From the NCBI RefSeq assembly GCF_006345805.1, contig NC_042999.1:89342001-89406000 (forward strand): a stretch of 64,000 nucleotides of DNA, in the 5' to 3' direction. The translations under genes and the position numbers were made by a program. Below are positions 1 to 13,306 of the stretch, one piece after another. Position 1 is the first letter of the stretch. The number at the start of each line of letters is the position of its first letter. The notes beneath the pieces are model-generated. The model saw nothing but the letters and a program-made list of their open reading frames with translations, was not told where the DNA came from and searched no databases. Origin of the DNA: Octopus sinensis (taxonomy: Eukaryota).

Positions 1-288
1 CATTCTCTCATGTAACTCATCCTGCAAGTAAAATTCAATACACGATCGGAAGTCAACGGTAGTCGGCCATACGCTCACTAAAATACAAATAAAGAACTGA
101 AAATGGTAGTGAAGTACATATGAATTTTAATAACTTGTTTTGGTTTGATGTACTTCCGTAGTCGAATTTCCAATAAAATAATCAATCGGAAAATAATCAG
201 AATTCATATTCTTTTCATTTTTCTCTAAGCCTTCTCTGATTGAGCAGAACCTTAATCAGTTATGTTCGTGCCAGTATTATCTGCTTCG

Positions 289-328
<40 letters not shown>

Positions 329-1099
329 AATGGTGTAGAGAAAAATGAAGATACTGATGTCTTTCTTCCTTTCTTTATGACAGTAAAAAGTGATTTTACT
401 TATTTCTGTCGCTGGATTGCGGCCATTCGGGTCTATGGCTACAAAAGATTTATTCAATCAAGTCCATTCCATTATTTGACTTTAATTGTGGTACTTATTC
501 TATTGCTTTCTTTTTGTCGAGCTTCTAAGTTTCGAGTAGGCAAATAAACACAAAGTTTGTCAAATAGTGAGAGACGGACACAAAGGTAAAAATGCGCACA
601 TTCATATGTGCATGCTTCCAGCCTCCACATACACACAACACGCACGCACATGCACAGACACACACACATACACATACACACACACAAACACGCAATGCAC
701 ATATTTGTTTTCTTTACAAAACAAAATGTAATATAGAAATGCATTTAGAATTATGTCATTGTGTGACATGAAACGTAGAATTTAATGACAGCTGAGTTAA
801 ATCTCTGAGTCAGATACTCTTTGATAAATATACATCGACATAAATACGAATTCACATACGCACTCATCCACACACGCACACATGAACTCAGATATAAGAA
901 TATATATATATAAATATTCGTCTTTCTTGTGTACATAAATGTAAAAGTAAATATTTATGTGTATCTTCGTCCAGTTAACTCAGTAATGTGTGTGTGTGTT
1001 TGTTTGTGTGCGCGCGCATACACACAGATACATGCATTCATACATCTTTTTTTATCTTTCTTATCTTTTTATCTTTACTGCATCCGGGGATTTTTCCTG

Positions 1100-2240
1100 T
1101 ATTGCTTCTGGTGAAGTAGCGAATTGAACGTTGCCGCTCTTCTTTGTGCCTCCTGAAGGATCTAAGGATCCAACCTGCCACCTGCCTGCATAGTGTTGCC
1201 GTCTGATCAATGTGCACATGGAAAGTTGCGTCATTGCTCATGCGGATTCCCAGATCACGCACCGACTCTAACTCTGGGATTACATTGCCTGCTGGTCCAG
1301 TGTACTACAACTGTAGTTTGTTTGTAGGCTGATAGCGGAGTGCTTGAAATTTTGCGCCATTGAACTGCATATTATTTTCATCAGTCCATTTATATATTGC
1401 GTTCCAAGTCATTCTGCAGTCTTAGGATGTCAGCAGTGTCCTTGACTACCTGCGATACTTTTGTATCATCGACGTAGCTGGTCAGTATTGTTCTGTCCGA
1501 CATTCCTTCAGCTACGTAGCTGAAGGAATGTCGGACAGAACAATCACAAACAGTAGTGGTCCCAGTATGTTCCCTGGGGGACTCCACTGAGAATCGGTGT
1601 CACTTCAGAAAGAACACCATTTGCTGTGACAACCTGAGTTCTGTCCTTCGAGAAATCATGCAGCCACTCTCTCAGTCTACCAGCGATACCGAAGTCACGA
1701 AATTTGTGACAAACCATACCATGATCGACTTTGTCAAAGGCCTTGGCAAAGTCGAGGCATATAACATCCACACTTGAATGTCTGAGTTGTTGCTTTAGTA
1801 CCCAGTCGAAATGCTGTAGTAGTTGTGTTAGGTAGCTCCTTCCAGGACGGAAACCATGTTGTGTGTCTGTAAGCAAGTCATTTTCCTCAAGGTACGTGGT
1901 CAGCCTTTTTCTGACAATGCGTCCCATGATTTTGCTAAGATGAGGTCAGAGAGATGGACTTGTAGTTTATAGCATCTGCTCTGCTTCCTGTTTTGTGGAC
2001 AGAGCAGATTATTCCTTCTTTTAACATTTGAGGAACTCAAGGGAACTCTGGAAAAGCATTTGCAGTGGTTTGCAGAGCTTTCTCGCATGTTTTAAACAGA
2101 ATTACTGAGAGTATATCTGGGCCTATTGCAGAGTTTGAGTTTATCTCGCCAATGGCCGACAATACATCCTCTTCTGTAATGTTAATGTAACTGATGATCA
2201 CCTTTTTTCTCTTGTAGGTTAGAGGTGTTGAAGAACTCAT
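1100..2240 (-). mobile_element. Decayed CR1/L2-group LINE, reverse transcriptase fragment
   Basis: Frameshifted minus-strand ORFs carry non-LTR RT motifs: GPD, QHGFRPGRS, DFAKAFDKVDH, SGVPQG, YVDDTK, LQNDL and RDLGI. No TSD identified. Confidence 0.9.
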
Positions 2241-2444
2241 CAGGTCTACTTATTTTCGTGTTTTCTATATAAATGTGTGTTTGTGTGTAGTGTGTGTGTG
2301 TCTGTGTGTTTGTGTCTGTGTGTGTGTGTGTGTACACAGGTGTATCTTTTATATATGCAAACATATGTGTGTATGCATACATGCACACACACAAAGATAA
2401 TATCTTTATACATATGTATATATATTTATACATAGCTATGTAAC

Positions 2445-2445
<1 letters not shown>

Positions 2446-2512
<67 letters not shown>
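2446..2512. repeat. (TA)n microsatellite
   Basis: Pure TA run visible in the sequence. Confidence 0.95.
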
Positions 2513-2520
<8 letters not shown>

Positions 2521-2533
2521 AATATGTATATAT

Positions 2534-3018
2534 TTTCCAGGAAAGGTTTGCTCGTATATATTCTCACGGTGAAGGATACAATCTTAATGTTTTACTTGCA
2601 TCGTACTTTTCACAGAATATTTTTTGTCAGTTTTTGTTTTCTAAGTACTTACAGTGCAAATTTAACCTCATTTTGTAAAGATGGCGTGTCAGGAGTATTA
2701 CCATTCATGTATAGCTATTTGTGTGTGTGTCTGTATTCACGCACACGTGTATGTGTGTATATATATATGTGTGTGCGTGTGTGTGTGTGTGTGTGTCTGT
2801 GTGTGTGTGTGTGTGTGTGTCACACATACACAAATAGTTATATATGAATGGTAATACTCCCGACATACCATCTATACAAAATGAGGTTACACTTGCACTG
2901 TAAGTGCTTAAAAGACAAAAACTGACAAAAAAATATTCTGTGCAAAGTACGATGCAGGAAAACATTAAGATTGTATTTTTCACCGTGAGAATATATACGA
3001 GCAAACCTTTCCTGGAAA
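2534..3018. repeat. Long inverted repeat with ~190-bp arms around a (TG)n spacer (foldback/MITE-like)
   Basis: 2534-~2730 (tttccaggaaaggtttgctcgtatatattctcacggtgaa...) is the reverse complement of ~2821-3018 (...ttcaccgtgagaatatatacgagcaaacctttcctggaaa), with scattered substitutions. Confidence 0.92.
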
Positions 3019-4250
3019 CGAAATTTTACGTTGATATCATCAGTATAAAAGTAAATATTTAAAACAAAATTCAAACTATTAAACGTTGCAATTAAGGACT
3101 TTATTCATGAGAATACACTCTACATATAGGTGCAACCTTGCACATATGTGTGTGTGGTGTGTATGTTTGTGTATTAAACTAGTATTACCCAATTCTCTAA
3201 AATATATAGCAAACCAATTTCAATATTCAATTTCAATTGTAATAAATATATATTTAAACATATAATATACAAGTGTTGATACAATAAAGATCATAATAAA
3301 AAATTTACATATAACACTACTTATACTAAATAATCGTGATACTTTAATAACTATTAACATAGCAACAATTAATAATAAATAACATTTATACTATGTGTGT
3401 GACTGTTCGGTGTGTTTCTGCGGTGTTTATGGATCTATGAACCTTTAGGTATATCACTTTGATCTACTTAACCGATGATCTCTCTCTCTTCCCCCTCCCT
3501 CTCCCCCTCCCCCTCTCTATCTCTCTAGACGTGATACAAATTTTCTCTTGGTAAGTCCCAAATCATAATGCATTGTTGTGGCTGTTTGGTTAAGCCTTTC
3601 GATTTAAACCATGAGGCCATGGGTTCGAGTACACAAGGCACCTTGGGTATCTTCAACCAAAGCCTAAAGTCGATCTATACCATTTGCCAGAGATGAGGCA
3701 ATACAAAAGTCTGTTATATGCACACACACACACACAGAATGGGTGGGAGACAATGATGAGTGAATTCAAAGTCAAAACATCGGGATGCGTCGAACGGGAA
3801 TATTAACTTCTGTACGGTTTAACCAAGTTGACTTATCCATCTGCAGTCGTGGTCGATAAATAAATACTCAATCAAGTACATTGTGTGAATGTGAAAAAGT
3901 CGACCAAAACCAGCATGGCTTCCAGACTAATGGCTGAACTAATATACTAAAAGCAAAAGGGAACTATTATATTAGAACTTTCATGACTATCACAAGACTT
4001 AGCATCGTAATTAATTACCGTGACAGGAGTTTCAAGTTGAAAGCAAAAGCAATATCGTTGGCCTTTGCACCTTATTAAAACTCTGCTGTTAATACTGGTT
4101 CTATGTAACTAAACCCAAAGTTAGTTATCGAAAATGTAATATATCGACTCATTGATGAAGCCTTAGCGATACCATCATGATTTAGGGTCCACCCACCCGC
4201 CATCAAGATAAAGAGACAGACAGACAAATTATCAACACGAGAAAGAGTGT

Positions 4251-4385
4251 ATACTTCATTTATCGACCGCTAAAAGATGAAAGGCAAAGCTGACTTCAGC
4301 AGAGTTTAAATTCAGATTGCTAAGAGCCGGAACGATTACTGCAAAAAAATCTATCCAACACTTTTCATGACTTAGTAGATTGGCC
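4251..4385 (-). mobile_element. SINE group A, decayed copy
   Basis: Contains a reverse-complement core (tatcgaccgctaaaagatgaaaggcaaag) shared with the other group A copies. Confidence 0.65.
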
Positions 4386-4446
4386 ATCCAGATGAACTAT
4401 ATAGCAGGTTGAATTGATCTGATAATATTATTGATACTTGAATCGA

Positions 4447-4666
4447 AAGGCGGCGAGCTGGCAGAATCATTACCGCATCGGCTAAAATACTTAGCTGCAT
4501 TTCGTCTATCTTTACGCACTGAGTTCAAATTCCGCCGAGGACGACTTTACTCTTTTATCGCTTTAAGGATCTGGAAAATAAGTACCAGTTGAGCACTGGG
4601 GTCAGTGTAGTCGACTTTCCCACTCTCCCAAAAATTAAGGCTTTGTGCCTATAGTAGAAAGGAATA
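4447..4666 (+). mobile_element. SINE group A (tRNA-derived), monomer
   Basis: Head aaggcggcgagctggcagaa (A-box-like), gagttcaaattcc (B-box), the group core, and tail ...gtgcctatagtagaaa. Many copies in this window. Confidence 0.85.
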
Positions 4667-4951
4667 TTGATACTTGTTTTACTGACCAGAGTGAATTGCT
4701 GTCAAAATCGACAACTATATGATTTGAACTTATGGCAGATTTGTTAGAAAAACTGTTTAATCCGGCATCCTTTCTTTATGCCATCTATAAAACCTCCAAT
4801 GAACTTAATTCCAAATTTTGGTCGATTAACAATTGATTTAATCGTACGCCGTAAGATATTTTCACAGTTATGATTTAACTACATTCTTCAAGCACTGAAA
4901 CCCTACCACGAAGAATTGCTTTACATAACCTCATCATCGCTCTCCAATCTT

Positions 4952-4988
<37 letters not shown>

Positions 4989-5804
4989 CTCTTCCATTTA
5001 TAATATTTCTGTTTATTTTACTGAACTAAAGCTTGTAAACAAGATTGATAAAAGCATACCATGAGAACGACCAATTACCCAAAACGAAGAAAATAAGTTA
5101 TCCTGTACATCACTATGTGGTTACTTCCGCACTAAATTCACTGATAGCTTTAAGGTTTAGAGTTAAATGTTATTATATACATAACACATGTTTAATGCTA
5201 TGTGTTTTCTTTATTACATTATTCAACATTACTAGCCAATTTTTTTTTTTATTTTATCGCCCCTTAAAAATGAAAAGTAGACAGTGAATTAATATATCAT
5301 GCTGTATTTGTGAGGCTTAATGTCTTAACTGAAGACTTGACATAATCTCATTTTCAATCGGCACCACAACCATTAAATTGGAAAAGGGAAAAAAAAAATC
5401 ATCTGTAAACGTGGGCTGAAATTTTGAAACCTAGAGCTAAATATTTATCTAATTAGGCAAGTTATACAAACATTCTTCTTAATGACACCAAAGCTACAAT
5501 ATTCTTTAATTTCAATGTCGCCGCTGTAAGAGACCAATAAATCCAGCCCCTATCGGCTGAGTCGCCACTATAAAACTACCACACCCACTCCACCAACAAT
5601 GACTAAAAGAAAAAGGCCCTACATACTCTCTAGACCTGCTAGAAATAGTAAGCAAATCTCTTTCAAATGGCTTTGTACTAGAAAGGATAACACATTAGAT
5701 AATGTAGTCTTAGATACAATATGACGGGAAAAAATACATTTTGATCATGTCTATTCGATCAATACTGACCTGGAGCTAAATAACAAGATAGGTAATATTT
5801 TTCT

Positions 5805-6190
5805 TATTTCTTTATTGGCCACAAGGGGCTAAACATAAAGGAGACAAACAAGTACAGGAAAATGGATTAAGTCGATTATATCGACCCCAGTGTGTAATTG
5901 GGACTTAATTAATCGACCCCGAAAAGATGAAAGGCAAAGTCGACCTCGGCGGAATTTGATCTCAGAACGTAACGGCAGACGAAATACCTATTTCTTTACT
6001 ACCCACAAGGGGCTAAACACAGAGAGGACAAACAAGGACAGACAAATGGATTAAGGCGATTATATCGACCCCGAAAGGATGAAAGGCAAAATCGACCTCG
6101 GCGGAATTTGAACTCAGAACGTAGCGGCAGGCGAAATACTGCTAAGCATTTTGCCCGGCGGGCTAACGTTTCTGGCAGCTCGCCACCTTA
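5805..6190 (-). mobile_element. SINE group A, dimeric copy
   Basis: One head followed by two core-plus-tail units, joined at aaagaaatag|gtatttcgtc on the minus strand. Confidence 0.9.
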
Positions 6191-7049
6191 ACGTGGTTAT
6201 ATTTTTCTACTGTGCTATGTAGCAATCCAATCTTCCCCAACAAACATCTCACAATTTTTTAATTTTGGGACATCTTGCGATGATCGCTATCAGAAATAAC
6301 TGAATAAATGTTTCTTTCTGATCAATACTGAACAAAATCATCGATCATTGTAGCACGTTTATCATGTCATATGGCATTGCTTCCTAACACTGGTTTAAGG
6401 TCTCTACTGGGAAGAAGACTAACAGGGGGTTAAAGAATAAAGCAGTGTTCAACAGCTCCACTCACTCTATCACAAAAAAAGAGTGTAGTTTAAGAATAAA
6501 ATTACCGTTCAATTATTCTCCCTTTCACAGTTTTCAAATGGATGTAAATAGAGATCAGGCAGACGTTATTTGAGTAATCAAACCACCATCATTATTATCT
6601 CAACCATATAGCAGTCTCAATTTCTTTTTTTTTTTTTACTATTTCGGTGTTTTACGACATCAATTATTAGATTGCACCTTGCAGGCCAGAATTTATAAGC
6701 GAAGTCATAATGATCTCAGCTTCCTACTTCCTCGAGCCACTTGTTACAAAACACAAAAGGACACAACACATACACACAAATATTTATATATGTATATCTA
6801 TATATATATATATATATAAAACTGAGAATGTGTGTCTGTCTGTCTGTGCGTTTCCCTAAAACTTGAGAACTACACAAACAATTTCATTCAAATTTTACAC
6901 ATGCCTTACTTAGGGTCCATGTAGTGTCATGGGCAAAAAAAATGTTTAACTTCTTGCCTAGCGCGAGCCACAGCAATATCACATCTTCTCCACTATTTCA
7001 GTATTACGTGTTAAAAGTGAAACAAAAGCGTCTCTCTATTGTATGTATA

Positions 7050-7062
7050 TGGATGTATATAC

Positions 7063-7132
<70 letters not shown>

Positions 7133-7266
7133 CATATACACATATATATACATATATATATATACATATATATATATAACATATATATATATATACATAT
7201 ATTATATATATACATATATATATATATAATATATATACATATATATATATATACATATACATATAC

Positions 7267-7315
<49 letters not shown>

Positions 7316-7389
7316 TATATATATACATATACATATATATATACATATATATATATACATATATATACATATATATATAATACATATAC

Positions 7390-7449
<60 letters not shown>

Positions 7450-7493
7450 CATATATATAATATATATATACATATATATATATATACATATAC

Positions 7494-7550
<57 letters not shown>

Positions 7551-7589
7551 CATATACATATACATATATATATATATATACATATGTAT

Positions 7590-7623
<34 letters not shown>

Positions 7624-7673
7624 ATACATATATATATATACATATATATACATATATATATATATACATATAC

Positions 7674-7714
<41 letters not shown>

Positions 7715-7815
7715 CATATATATATATATATAATATATATACATATATATATACACATCTATATACATATACATATATATACATATACATATACATATAC
7801 GTATATATATATATA
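7050..7815. repeat. Compound (TA)n/(TACA)n microsatellite array
   Basis: About 760 bp made almost entirely of AT/ACAT units. Source of the YI/CI ORFs. Confidence 0.95.
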
Positions 7816-8283
7816 AAGCCTTGAAACTCTACTCTCTCCAGCGTCGCCGTGAGCGGTAATTCATTTGTACGATGTGGAGAATATACCGCCAACTTTGCCC
7901 AAACGACCTGAACATTAGCTTCAAGGTTCATCCAAGACTAGGACCACGGGCCATACGTCTCCTGCCCAATTCAAGATCACAGAATACATGTACACTGCAA
8001 CATAATTTCTTTGCCTCAACAGGCCCTGCCCTATTTAACATTGTCCCAAAAGAGATCAAAGAGGAAAATGATCCCATCAACTTTAAACGGAGTCTGGATA
8101 GATTCCTTCAAGGAATACCAGATAAGCCACCCATAATTGGATATAACTCACCCAACAAAAACTCACTACTTGAATGGACCATGAACAAAACTTGACTTAA
8201 ACAGGGTTCAAATAATCCTATCAGGTGGTGCTATTAAGTTAGACATGGCCTGGACCAATCTTTGGTCGAAACATATCTAAGTT
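7816..8283 (+). mobile_element. 3'-terminal fragment of a CR1/L2-group LINE
   Basis: ORF 7872-8195 (HPRLG...FFASTGPALFNIVPKEI...FKRSLDRFLQGIPDKP...NSLLEW) resembles a LINE ORF2 C-terminus. A short 3' UTR then runs into TA repeats. Confidence 0.75.
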
Positions 8284-8307
8284 TATATATACATGTATAT
8301 ATATATA

Positions 8308-8730
8308 GGCGCAGGAGTGGCTGTGTGGTAAGTAGCTTGCTAACCAACCACATGGTTCCGGGTTCAGTCCCACTGCGTGGCATCTTGGGCAAGTGTCTTC
8401 TGCTATAGCCCCGGGCCGACCAATGCCTTGTGAGTGGATTTGGTAGACGGAAACTGAAAGAAGCCTGTCGTATGTATGTATATATATGTATATAAGTGTG
8501 TGTGTATATGTTTGTGTGTCTGTGTTTGTGCCCCTAGCATTGCTTGACAACCGATGCTGGTGTGTTTACGTCCCCGTCCATTAGCGGTTCGGCAAAACAG
8601 ACCGATAGAATAAGTACTGGGCTTACTAAGGGTGGGTCCCGGGGTCGATTTGCTAGACTGGGGGCAGTGCTCCAGCATGGCCGCAGTCAGATGACTGAAA
8701 CAAGTGAAAGAGAGTAAAAAGAAAGAGAGA
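8308..8730 (+). mobile_element. SINE group B (tRNA-like head, CORE-like segment, internal microsatellite)
   Basis: ggcgcaggagtggctgtgtggtaag...ggttcagtccc...cttgggcaagtgtctt...(TA/TG)n...gactgaaacaagt. Repeated at 9550, 24490, 27460, 28325, 45280 and 63615. Confidence 0.88.
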
Positions 8731-8814
8731 ATATATATATATATATATACACATATATACATATATACATATATATATACATGTATATATATATATATAT
8801 ATATACATATATAT

Positions 8815-8847
<33 letters not shown>

Positions 8848-9047
8848 TGTATATATATATACATATATATATATATACATATATATATATACACATGTAT
8901 ATATATTTACATATATATACATATAATATATATACATACATTTACATATATATATATACATGTTTATATATATACATATATATACATATATATATATATA
9001 TTACATATATATATATACATATATATATATATATTACATATATATAC

Positions 9048-9078
<31 letters not shown>

Positions 9079-9172
9079 CATACATATATATATACATATA
9101 TATATATATACATATATATATACATATATATATATAATATATACATATATATATATACATATATAGACATAC

Positions 9173-9215
<43 letters not shown>

Positions 9216-9549
9216 TATATACATAAATATATATACATATATATACATACATATACACACATATATATACATACACACATATATATACATACTTACATAT
9301 ATATACATACATACATATACATACATATACATACACACATATACATACATATATACATATACAACATATATATACACATATATATATACACATGTATATA
9401 TATAGATGTATATGTATATGTAAACATGTATGTCTAGATGTATATATAGATGTACATGTAACATGTACACATATATATATACACATATATATGCATACAT
9501 ATATACACCCATACACACATACACACACACATCCACCACACACATACAT
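8731..9549. repeat. Compound (TA)n/(TACA)n/(CA)n array
   Basis: Low-complexity array visible in the sequence. Confidence 0.95.
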
Positions 9550-9860
9550 AAGCGCAGGTGTGGCTGCGTGGTAACAAACTTGGTTCCAAAACACATGGTC
9601 CTCAGTTCAGTCCCACTGTGTGGAAACTTGACCAGTGTCTTCTGCTATAGCCTGAGACCAACCAAAGCCTGATCAATGGATTTTGTAGACAGAAACTGAA
9701 AGAAATCAATTGTATGTATATGTATGTATATATGTAAGTCTATGTGTCTGTCTTCGTGTTTCTCCCTCATCACTTCTTCACAACTGGTGTTCGTTTATTT
9801 ACATCCCCATAACCTACTGGTTTCACAAGAGGAAACTGATAGTATAAGTACCAGGTTTAT
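9550..9860 (+). mobile_element. SINE group B, diverged copy
   Basis: Co-linear similarity to 8308-8730. Confidence 0.8.
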
Positions 9861-9932
9861 CACAATATAAAACAGCACTACGAAATGTCTCATATTTTTG
9901 TTTGCCCACTCAGTTGTATCTATCAATTTATC

Positions 9933-9982
<50 letters not shown>

Positions 9983-10007
9983 TGTGTGTGTGTATACATA
10001 TATGTAT

Positions 10008-10054
<47 letters not shown>

Positions 10055-11203
10055 AAACATAGTTCTTGTACCGGTACTTCAAGTAACGACTAGGGTAGGG
10101 TAACTGACTGCTTATTGTGATCATTCGTCTTTTGATTTCCTGTAGCTTTGCTCTCTTTTACAAACCCAGTGAACATATATTTCCTATTTCAAAGAAATTC
10201 CAACAATAGAAATAACACCCAAGTTAAAAAGATTTTCAACAATTCAACTTCTCTGGTTGACATTAAGATGCCCACCCCCAACAGGAGCCTTAACTCTCAC
10301 ATTTTAGAGCTCCATGACTTCCATTTTTTTAGGAGCAAAATTGTTTTAACAGGTTCAATAACACTGGAATTTTGGAATATGCGCATAAAAATCAGTAGTA
10401 TGGGATACATGTGGCAAGATTACAAATTTTTTAGGGTGTGTAAAGATGGAAATAACGCTCATCTGCAATTTTGATGAAATTCGAAACATAGAAATTCTAG
10501 TTCATTACAGATAATATAACGGAAAAGTCTAATTCTTCATTTGAATGTAACCGGGCAACGCCGGGTATCTCTGCTAGTATATATAATAAATGCCAAAACG
10601 AATTTTTGCTTTTTTCTCAGAAAGACGTATGGTAAAATCAACTGCGATGGGATTTGAACTCAGAACTCAATTGAATTCTCGAAATTATTCGGTTTGGTTC
10701 TATCTTTCTTAAAATTCATTTCTCGGAAATTGAAATGATGGCAGGAAATCGAAGTAATGATATTGTTTTCAGTGATAACACTCTACTGATTTACTTTTAC
10801 ATACATACACCCCCCACCCACACACACACATCACACACACACATCACACACACACATCACACACACATACACACACACATACATACAAATACACATACAC
10901 ACACAGAGTATGTATTTTAGTCGTTCCATTAACTGAACTGCCTACTTCTTGTATTAGCGTATGATGTGGTCGAGTATTCCACATATATATGTGCTCCTAA
11001 CGCAATGCTGACCTTATAAATTACAGGTATAATCCCTCCGAAGGGCTTCCACACATTTTCTATCTTTACAGTTTCATTAGACAGTCATGGTTCGATTCGT
11101 GGCTATGGCGGAAGATACCTGCCCAAAATATTTCGCAGTAGAATTCTGAGACCTCATTATAACGGACTGAAATTAATAACCACCCACCCATGTCAGTGTA
11201 GCA

Positions 11204-11288
<85 letters not shown>

Positions 11289-11384
11289 ACACACACATAC
11301 TGAACTAAAGATTCCTGAAAGGAAGAAAGAGAGAGAGAGAGAGAGAAACTCAAATGTTTTTTAATATTCTTGCCAACTATGGGT

Positions 11385-11810
11385 ATAAGGCTCGAAATTT
11401 GGTACTCCAGTACTTCACTGCTCTTATTCCATCGACTCCGAAAGGATTATCAGAATTTGAATTCAGAACGTAAAGAGGACGAAATGCTGCTAAGCATTTT
11501 GTCCGGCGTGCTAACGATTCTGCCACCTCACCACCTTCGTATTTCTTAATATAATTAAAGCTTTCCTTGTATGCCTTGAAGTAAAATCTGTTAAGTAAAG
11601 CAGCCAGCTGGCAGAAGCGTTGGCAAGTCGAGCAAAATGCTTAGCGGTATTCTGTCCGTCCATACTTTTTGAATTAATATTCCGTCAAGGTCGACTTTAC
11701 TTTTCATTCTTCTGGGGTAGATAAAATACGTACCAGTTGAACACTGGAGTTGATGTAGTCGACTTAGCCCTCTTTCCAGAAATTGCTGGCCTTGTGCCAA
11801 AATTTGAAGC
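11385..11810. mobile_element. Two group A SINEs head-to-head (11385-11537 minus; ~11600-11810 plus)
   Basis: Head, B-box and core motifs are present in opposite orientations. Confidence 0.78.
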
Positions 11811-12100
11811 CATTTGAAACCAATTAAAAAAGAATGTAGCCAAAGATTGGACCAAATCCACAATTCAGTTTCGATTCCTGAAGGAAACCACGATATGGTT
11901 TCGATTTCTGATCGAAATGTATGAAGGTAACGAAATCCATTATACCCAGCTTTTGAGATTGTGGCTGTTTATGTTTAGTTAAAAGTAAGTATAATAATTT
12001 TTATTTATTTCTAATTGAATATGTTGCGCGTATCTCTTAATACTCTCTTTGGGAAGTACTTCAACATCAATTGTAATTTTTCTTCTTCCCTGAAATGCAA

Positions 12101-12310
12101 GAAGGCGGCTAGCTGGCTGAATTGTTAGCACGTTAGACAAAATACCTATCGGCGTCTTTTACTGCGCTTTACGATCTGAGTTCAAATCCCAGCGAGGTCA
12201 ATTTTACCTTTCACCACTTTGGGATCGGTTAGGTAAAGTACCAATGAAGTAATGGTGTCGATGCAATTGACTTGTCTCTCCCCTACCTTCATCATTGCTG
12301 GCTTTGAACC
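12101..12310 (+). mobile_element. SINE group A, diverged copy
   Basis: aaggcggctagctggc...gagttcaaatccc followed by the core. Confidence 0.78.
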
Positions 12311-13227
12311 CTGCATCTGTTCGATAGAATGTTGTGGTCCCTTATACGGGAAATCGGATAACGAGCCTTATGAGTCATAAGGCAAAAACAAAACAAAGAA
12401 GTAATAGTAAATAACATACAAACTATGTACAGTTTATCAAAAGGAAAATATTTGTCTAAAAACCCAACGCAAAAACCCTTCGAAAAAGATTTTATAGTCA
12501 CGTCATCCTATTTTTCCATCACATAAATATTGAGTATTGCGTCTTGTCAGATTTTTTTTAATGAAACGAGTGCCATAGACCAAAATGCTTGCTCATGACA
12601 AGTCGAAATCATTACGTGGTTTCGATTACCGAATTACAAAAAATTCATTTCATTTACGCAGCTAATGTATTTGAAAGAAAACACGAGAATCACAAGCGTG
12701 CAGCTTTTTTTTTTTTTTTTTTTACTCAATTACAGGGTTTTTATACCATAGCCGAAAGGAGCTAAAATTATTGTCCCATATTCCTTACTTCTAAAGTCCC
12801 CGAGAAAGGCATAAACGTCACCACATTTCTTTGTACTCGCTCAAAAGAGAAATCAATATTACTATTCTGTTTTAATTAGACAAGGCAACAAGAACACATA
12901 AAACAATAGTTAAGATGGCTAAGTAATAAACATATTTGCTGTATGGTAATTAGCTTTGGCGACGAGCTCCAGAATGTAATAAGGCGCCAAAAGAGAAACG
13001 CTACTTTAGCTAGCCGAAATCAAATATGTAAAGAAACATTTTGTTGCTTTTCTTTCTTTCTTTCTTTCATCCATTATTTATTTATTTATTTATTTATTTA
13101 CTTATTTGTTTATTTACTTATTTGTTTATTTTCTTATGTATTTATTGGTGAGATTATGGTCTCCTTTAACTTTGTTTCTGTTTGTTTCCATTTTAATTCC
13201 AGTATCGTAAAAAGAACAGACAACAAA

Positions 13228-13281
<54 letters not shown>

Positions 13282-13306
13282 GACTAGTAGTAGTAGTATT
13301 AGTAGT
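13228..13306. repeat. (TAC)n run followed by (TAG)n, self-complementary
   Basis: Visible in the sequence. The flanks aaagaacaga and tctgttcttt are also reverse complements. Confidence 0.85.

Larger units (their letters stand above)
6797..10577 (+). mobile_element. Probable non-autonomous Helitron with nested insertions
   Basis: The 5' end reads A|TC-tatatata...aaaactgagaatgtgtgtctgtctgtctg. The 3' end has the hairpin ccgg-gcaacg-ccgg (10551-10564) followed by CTAG|T at 10574-10578. There is an A/T target and no TSD. Assigning both ends to one element is inference. Confidence 0.72.

Noticed and set aside
6924-9672. Long ORFs (up to 306 aa) rich in Y/I/C/M/H/T
   Set aside because: They are translations of stop-free TA/TACA/CA microsatellites. 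The same applies to the CV/HT ORFs throughout the window.
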